NCBI GenBank assembly: GCA_964016885.1
Contig: OZ024743.1
Location: forward strand, 200,136,001 to 200,200,000
Direction: 5' to 3'
Source of the DNA: Eledone cirrhosa
Lineage: Eukaryota
DNA: 64,000 nucleotides
Position 1 is the stretch's first letter. Each line of letters starts with the position of its first letter. Made by a program: the position numbers and the translations under genes. Below the pieces are notes generated by a model. The model searched no databases and was not told the origin of the DNA. It saw nothing but the letters and a program-made list of their open reading frames with translations. Positions 55,993-64,000 of the stretch are shown in pieces.

Positions 55993-56997
55993 GAAAGAGT
56001 GGTTTCTCATAATAGTAGTGGAAAATCTAGTTCTATGGAATAAACATGATCCACCCGGATCGAGAGTAAGAAAATGATCCCGGTTTATGGGAAACAAAAT
56101 GTAGTTTTGTAATTTGCAAAGGAAAATAAAATGTGTATGGTAAACATATATTAAAGGTGTATAGTAAAATTAATTAGTGTTTAAGCAAAGGAAAATATAA
56201 ACAGACACACCAAGTAAAGGTATGGACAAGTGGTTAAAGAGTTCGCTACACAGCCGCGTCGTTCTAGGTTCGCTTCTGCTGCACGGCATCTTAAGTAGAT
56301 GTTTTCTACTATAGTCTCGGGTTGATCAATGCTTTGTGAGTGGAATTTAGTCGACGGAAACTGTAGAAGCCTGTCGTACACCAACAATCTCACACATCAA
56401 CATACACACACACACGCACACACACACACACAGAGACACATATATATATATACATTGAGAGAGAGAAATATAGATGTGTGTGTGTATGTCGTGGGATAAA
56501 AAGAACTGGGGTCGATATACTCGACTAAAACAAACTGGTGCCGCAGCATGATCGCAGTCAAATAACTGAAACAAGTAAAAGAGTAGAATTTTTTTTAAAT
56601 GTCTCTAATGGTGTTATAGTGAAGCTGGATGAGAATTTGGGTGTTAGTTATTTCCCATAACTTGAGTTTAAGAGCCAGCATGTGGTCAGTAAGAGGTTAT
56701 ATGTCTTATATCACTACTAAAATATAAAGATTCTACAAAGGGGTGATTTAAACATGACAGAGATTACGGTTTCACGGACAGCAAGATAAAATATTTCATG
56801 TTATATATGGCTTTATCGGTGCTCTAATTTATAAGGAATATTCTGTTATTTTTTTAATATTTTGAAATTATTTTAGGTGGTTTTGGACTAAGCAGTTGTG
56901 TGTGTGTGTGTGTGTGTGTGAGAGAGTATATGCGCCCATATATATGTACACACTCATACACACACACATACGCGCACACACGCGCGTACATACAAAC

Positions 56998-57029
<32 letters not shown>

Positions 57030-57208
57030 GGAGAGAGGGAGAACGAATGAGAGAAGGAAATAGATAAATAGATAGAGAAAGTCAGAGACCAGTATCTAAC
57101 TAACTCTCTTTACATATGTATGTATGTATGTATATATATATATTTATATATATATATATATATATACATATATACAGATATATATATATATGTATATATA
57201 TATGTATG

Positions 57209-57241
<33 letters not shown>

Positions 57242-57279
57242 GTATGTATATATATATATGTATGTATATATATCTATGT

Positions 57280-57310
<31 letters not shown>

Positions 57311-58173
57311 CTATAATTATATATATATATGTGTGTGTGTGTAGGTGTGTGTTTGTCTCTGTGTGTGTGTGCGTGTGTACAGTGGCATCAGGATTGTAAT
57401 TGAGACAATCTAAGAGGTCATACTTCTTTCTCTCTCTCTCTCCCTCTCTCTCCCCCTCTCTCTCTCTCCCTCTCTCTCCCTCTCCTTTTCCCCCCTCTCT
57501 CTATTTTTCTTTTTTTCTTTTAAATTGTCTCCATGTAAGTCGTTTTATGCTTATCAATACTGTCTACGTCTATGTGTGTCCCTTTACAAACATGAAGTCC
57601 CGGGTTCGATCAGACCACGTGGTATCTTGGATAAGGGCCTTTAGCAAAATTTCAGCTCAACCCAGGTCGTATGAGTGAAATTGGTGCGACAGAAACTGTG
57701 TAGAAGCCTGTCACATTGATTGCGCCTGTAAATATAAAAGGTGTGACCTTACAAATATTTCTAACAATTGAGATTGTGTATATAACACACACACATTTTA
57801 TTTGATTATTGTATTTTGTTCCTTTACCATCTTATTCCTTTTACCACTTTATCATTTTTTTGAACTGACTCCAACACCAACACCACTACCAACATAAGAG
57901 TGGAGGACAGATGTACTTAACAATAACAAGAACAACCACTACAGATTGCCTCGCCTCAGAACGAATTTCTATAGACTTTTGACTGAGAATTTTCCCACAA
58001 CTGACCAATGAGAGGAGAAGATGTCCTTTGACACTGAAATTCGTTTGTTTAAATTCATATGATTCCAGTTCCTCAGTGAAATAGCAACCCAACCAGGAAC
58101 TGGGCATATCAGAGTATTGACAAAGTTATACACCTCAACAACATGTGTACTCGTCTCTACCACACGGATTCGG

Positions 58174-58209
58174 ACTGCCTGAAGAGGTCACCGAAATATA
58201 TATAGCAGT
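58174..58209 (+). ncRNA. Minimal type-I hammerhead ribozyme, near the 3' end of a PLE-like remnant
   Basis: ACTGC-CTGAAGA-GG-tca-CC-GAAATATATAT-A-GCAGT, followed by AATAAA and (TA)n. Confidence 0.72.
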
Positions 58210-58265
58210 AATAAACGAAGCCAAATTTTAAAAGATTGTAAACATTTAACTTATTTATTTTATTT

Positions 58266-58416
<151 letters not shown>

Positions 58417-60170
58417 AACTCTAAGTATGCATTCCTATTGCTGTGTAAATTTGTGGGCGTAATGCTCCTGTGGATAGACGCTGTGAGATTTGCAGACAGA
58501 TTATAGAAAGACAGTGAAGATTTTCACATGCATAGATGCTAGGCTGCACATATCCACACACAGTCTGTTGCAGCCTGTGTCTAGCCTAAACAGACTATCC
58601 CCGCTCTTCCCTCTGCAGGTGTTTGCGTACAGCATAACAAATACGAGAGATAAAATAAAGGAATGAATATATGAAGAAATAAGAAGCAAAGAGGAAATAT
58701 TTTAGATAGGATCAACTAGTTAAGGAAAAGGCAAAGAAGTATTTTATTATTCATCTAGATTTCACTTGGATTTCGTCTCTTCTTTGCCATCTCATCTACT
58801 TGATGGATGTAATAATGCTACTGTTGTTGCTGTTGTTGTTGCTGGTGTTGCTGCTGTTGTTGATGATGATTATGAAGACTGATGATGATGAACATGATGA
58901 TGTTTCTGCTGGTGTTGCTTCTGTTGATGGTGATGATGGTAATGTAGGTGGTGGCGATGGGCGTGATAGAGGCGGCGGCGGCGGTGATGGCGATGGCGGT
59001 GGTTGGTTGTGGTGGCGGGGGCGGCTGCAGTGGTGGTTCGTGGTGGAGGTGGTGATGGTGGCGGTTGTGTTGGTGGCGACGGTGTTGGTTGTGTTGGTGG
59101 GGGTTGTGTGTGGTTATGTTGGTGGCAGTGTTGGTGGTGGAGGTGGAGTTTATGTTGGTAGTGGTAGTGGTGTTGGTGGTGGTGGTGGTGGTTGTGGAGT
59201 TTGTGGTGGTGGGGGAAGGGGAGGAAGGGGTGGAGATGATGATGTGCAAACTGTAATGAGAAACTATCCAGATAACAAGAAATGCTTTGAGAACGATTAA
59301 AAAAAATAATAACACGCAGACATATAACATCACCAAAACACCATGACTTAAAAATATGTACAACATCTAGAAAATAACACTGAGAAGGACAACACATATA
59401 TTACATAAGTATTGTTGGAATACTATGCTCTCCATCGACATGTAACCCCCGATGGAGCCGTGGGGACACTATCTTGGACAATGAAAACTGGTGGAGCCCT
59501 ACACTTTTTCGATCTAAAGAAAACCGATTTCTTCCATGTAACATAAATTAAGAAAAAGATATCGAGGAAGAATGGACCCCAGTTTTGGACTGGGATTTTT
59601 TCTAATTTCCTCGGAAATATGAAGGTAAGGTTCACCTTGGTGGGATTTTAAATTAGTCGGAATGAATACGGCAAACCATTCTATCTACATCAAAGGTTCT
59701 CAACGGGGGCATATGCACCACCAGGAGGCGTTTCGGAAATCCAGGGAGGCGTTTGGGAGCATGGGGGCATTAGGGGGCGTTTGGAGCTTTGGAGTGCACT
59801 AGAAGGCTCTTTACTTTGGTAAGTTTTATAAGCCATATTTGTATGTCTTTGAGACAGCCAGTGTGAATGCATTTGAATGAGCATGCAGACAGCATAACTA
59901 TGGTCTGACCGAAGCTGTGAGCAGGTGTGCAGGCGTGTTTAAACATTAACCGGCAATTGAGATCCTAATAATGGAAAAACCCACAGTCAACTGGGTCAAG
60001 GACACTTCAATCGCAGCCAGTTAGAATCTTGTCTTTCCTTCACCGATAACAATGTATTTCATGTCTGAAATGATTGGCTCAACCGTAACGAGTTAACACT
60101 ATGTAGATCTATTTTATTTCCTATTGTATAAATAATATTTCAAAGAAAAAAAAGAAAGAAAAACACAGAA

Positions 60171-60570
60171 GCGGGTAGCACACACATCTAAGACCACATA
60201 CAACACATAATCAGATAATACACACATCTAGGACCACATACAACACATAAGCAGGTAATACACACATCTAGGACCACATGCAACACATAAGGAGGCAGCA
60301 CACACATCTAGGACCACATACAACACACAGGCAAGTAATACATACATTTAGGACCACATACAACACATAAGCAGGTGATACAAACATCTAGGACCACATA
60401 AAACACATAATCAGGTAATACAAACATCTAGGACCACATACAACACATATTCAGGTAATACATACATCTAGGACCACATGAAATACATAAGCAGGTAATA
60501 CATCCATCTATGACTACCTACAACACACAGGCAGGTAATACATACATCTAGGATCAAATACAACACACAC
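60171..60570. repeat. 40-bp minisatellite (~10 copies) inside the hAT
   Basis: Unit cacacatctaggaccacatacaacacataagcaggtaata. Confidence 0.92.
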
Positions 60571-60571
60571 A

Positions 60572-61533
60572 TTGTATCATGTGCTACGGACGACGCTAGA
60601 GCAATGGTCGGCCAACATAAGGGTTTCGTCACTCTTCTGAAGAGAGAAAATCTATCTGTATTTGTTGTTCATTGTGTCATTCATCGACAACACTTGGCTG
60701 TGAAGAAACTCACCAAGCCACTGAGCAAGTCCTTGCAGGTGGCCCTTGATGTCATCAATTTTATCAAACGGCATTCCCTCAATGAACGAATTTTCCGGCA
60801 ACTGTGCCAAGATAATGACGAAGAATTCGTCAAGTTGCTCCTTCATAATGAAGTGAGGTAGCTTTCAAAGGGCAAGTGCCTTACTCACTTCTTTGAATTG
60901 TTTGACTCTATCATTGAGTTTCTGCGAGGACGCAACACAGAACTGTACAAGAAATAAAGGAATGCTGTGAAAACATTCCTGCCCAAATTGAATGTCATCG
61001 AAAGGAATCTTTGTTGACGGGAATTCTATAATTTTCCTAGTGTCGCCAATGTTCAAAACATTGTAAGCGATGACCAACTCCAAATGTATACCGCTCACCT
61101 CCGTGCGCTACAAGACAACATGAGAGAACGGTTTGTCGACCTTTTGCCGATGGACATCCCAATGTGGGTAGCAGATCCCTTCACAGCTAACGTCGATGAT
61201 TTGGACGTTATATTTCAGGAAGAATTCATTGAACTTCAAGCAGATGACATGATCAAAATTAGATTTCCCAAAATAGATAAACCCCTTTTTTGGATGCAAG
61301 AGGAAATTCAGCGTCGATTTCCACACCTATATGCAGAGGCTAAGAGATTTGCTCTGCCTTTTCCGAGCTCATACTTAGTCAAGAGGAGGTTTGGTGCTGT
61401 TTCCAGACTGCACAGTAAGCCTCGCAACCGCTACAATGTGATTGCACGTGGAGATCTCCGACTACATCTTACGAAAATCCAGCCTGACTTCAAAGAGTTA
61501 GCTAGACTCCATAAAGTTCAAGGGTCCCATTGA
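60572..61533 (+). pseudogene. Buster/ZBED5-like hAT transposase, C-terminal half, disrupted
   Basis: CATDDARAMVG, HCVIHRQHLA, LLLHNEVR*LSKG, FPSSYLVKRRFGAV, RGDLRLHLTKIQPD...QGSH*. Confidence 0.9.
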
Positions 61534-62606
61534 AATGAGGTCAAAGTTAAAGTAAGTTGATTTATCCGAAAACTTAGATATGCTATTGTTACAAATCAAA
61601 CTAACAATTTTTTTTATTTGTAGTTGCAGTCTGACTGGACTGGAAACTATCTACCACAATTCACTTACTCATTTGTTGTATATATTTTACCATTTACTAA
61701 TAAATATACCCTCCCGCGTGGTCATGAAAACCCTCTTCTGTGGTCTCTCAGCTCACAAAGCAGAGGGGACATCAAGTTAGATATCAACATTTATTCTGTC
61801 TGTTTCATTAAAGGGAAAATTGGAAAGCTTTGAAATGATATAATTGCCACTTTCTTCCAGATAAGAGCACTCTTTGGATAGACAGAGTTGCTCTTGTATA
61901 AATGTTCAAAATAGTTGGTATCGCCTGGTGGGAATATAACAAATTCAACTGGTCCTTATTCATAAAAAAGAACATTTATGTTCCTTTTTTTGAAATTTAT
62001 ATATTTCCTTTCAAGGAATGTATTTATACTCTCAGCTGCCTGCAATGGTATCTTTGGAATATTGTTAATCAATTTTTTAGTAATCTACAGATATCAATAT
62101 CAGTAGTATATTGAAAAATGGAAAAATAGGGTAGGGGGGCGTTTCGTGATTTCGAGGGACAAAAGGGGGCGTTTGGCCTAAATGGGTTGAGAACCTGTGA
62201 TCTACATCTTTCAAATCTCAGCTCTTTCGCTATCTTACGAAAAAGCGTATTTTATGAAAATGACTACATATTTATGATATAAGAGCCTTTCAATTTTCAA
62301 GTTAAGCTGCAGAGAACTATTAAATGGCTTTGAAATGTAAGAGTTGATCAGTGGGTGGTTGCTGCTGTGATGCAAGTTGAGCCGGATCAATTATATTTGG
62401 GACGCCTTAGCAATGGTGTCTGTTTATAATGAAAGACACCGATGCCCCCCCCCCCCCCCCCGCCCCCTCAGGTTGCGTGTCAGCCCAACCATGATATGTA
62501 GTATAGCCAGGGCGGAATATCTACAGATTCCTCATTGGTTCTGCATAGATATTCTCCTTTTCGCTAATCTTCAATATTATATTGGCATCTGATGGGCAGT
62601 TGATTT

Positions 62607-62733
62607 CCATTACTGTGCATGCCTTCTTTTCCCTGTCCCATTACTGTGCATGCCTTCTTTTCCCTGTCCCATTACTGTGCATGCCTTCTTTTCCCTGTCC
62701 CATTACTGTGCATGCCTTCTTTTCCCTGTCCCA
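62607..62733. repeat. 31-bp tandem repeat x4
   Basis: ccattactgtgcatgccttcttttccctgtc. Confidence 0.92.
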
Positions 62734-63296
62734 CTATATCTGGTCTGTTATGCCTGCATTTTATTGGAGTTTTGACTGAAACATTCCTCCAGTACTCTTT
62801 CATATTATGTATGCATGTCTTCCATATTACTGTAACTGTTAATATGTTTATTGTCGGGGCTACGCATGCATGTATATATGTATGCATGTATGTATTTATG
62901 GATGTATGCATGTGTTCATGCATATGTGTGTGTATGTACGTATGTATACATGTATCTATGTACGTATTTGCATACAGGCGTGAGGCATAGTGCTTAAAGG
63001 ATTCGATTAACGATCGCAAGGTCAGGGGTTTGAGTGCTGCCTGTGCGTTGTGTCTTTTAGCAAGACACATTATTTCATGTTCATCCAGACCACTCAGCTA
63101 ACAAAAGGTAAGCCTCGTCACACATTGTGTTATGCTAAATTTGGTTGAGGTTTACATTAGCGTAACACATATCTGTGGAAAGATTAGGCACTTGAACGAT
63201 AAGTTACCGAATAGATTGTTCCGTTGATCAAACAACTTAAACACTCGACATAAGAATTGCCGAAGATCTAACACACATATATACACGAACACACAC

Positions 63297-63353
<57 letters not shown>

Positions 63354-63369
63354 TGCATATATATATATA

Positions 63370-63481
<112 letters not shown>

Positions 63482-63844
63482 TTGTTTTTTGATATCACTG
63501 GTGTCTGTTAACAATCAATGACCAACAACCAGAACATGCGTATTTTAGGATATAATACGATTCTGCATCGTATATCAATGATATCTATGATAGCTTGTAG
63601 ACATTCTGCTGCAATGTTGGCAGAAAATGTTACATAACACTTATACAACTTATATCGTAGATAATATTGTTACAGCTCTATGATTTTCATAAAATATATC
63701 TGTTTACTAATGACCAGATAATATCGTACAAGAATAAGGCTGATGTACGCAAATACATACACAAGTACATACACTATACACAACATGCACACATGCATTT
63801 ATATCTACAAACATTTGCATATATATGCATATAATAAAATATGA

Positions 63845-63901
<57 letters not shown>

Positions 63902-63904
<3 letters not shown>

Positions 63905-64000
63905 CGAAGGAAATGTAGTAAGGAACCAGGTGGACCATAACGCACCAAAGTACTCAATACTTGAGGTAGTAGAGTGGGTAATAGGAACCAGTAAGACCCC
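63902..64000 (+). mobile_element. Family A copy 7 (cut by the window end)
   Basis: aacgaaggaaatgtagtaaggaaccaggtggaccataacgcaccaaagtactcaatacttgaggtagtagagtgggtaatagg...aagacccc, after (TA)n. Confidence 0.8.

Larger units (their letters stand above)
59691..62199 (+). mobile_element. hAT transposon of the Charlie/Buster group, internally rearranged
   Basis: TIRs CAAAGGTTCTCAAC / GTTGAGAACCTGTG; perfect 8-bp TSD ATCTACAT (59683-59690, 62200-62207); subterminal GGGGGCGTTT repeats. Confidence 0.93.

Noticed and set aside
58800-59300. Gly/Val/His-rich ORFs
   Set aside because: Degenerate (GGT/GAT/GTT)n low-complexity tract.

Overview
Eukaryotic, AT-rich, microsatellite-saturated non-genic (intergenic or deep intronic) DNA. 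The SINE types and the (TA)n/(CA)n load suggest an octopod cephalopod; this is inferred, not proven. No host protein-coding exon is recognisable. The window is a transposon community: a decayed Tx1/L1 LINE (1-2335) whose (TTA)n flank was hit by a nearly intact Dong/R4-type site-specific retrotransposon (2378-7221, one frameshift); a Penelope-like element (PLE) with RT and GIY-YIG domains and ~1.25-kb inverted pLTRs (10650-16476); two CR1-type 3' fragments; a full-length IR/DR Tc1 (27858-29536); a Charlie/Buster hAT (59691-62199) and a hAT MITE; a non-autonomous Helitron; and many tRNA-derived SINEs. The least-explained signal is RNA-structural. About eleven type-I hammerhead ribozyme motifs of several sequence families (canonical CUGANGA, covariant UUGANAA, and CCGAAGA cores) sit in short, ORF-less, (TA)n-flanked elements. 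Several long fold-back palindromes have centres or junctions that map onto hammerhead landmarks. A seven-copy ~180-bp family carries a mirror-image half-hammerhead hairpin. All motifs were read by eye; none was tested computationally or experimentally.
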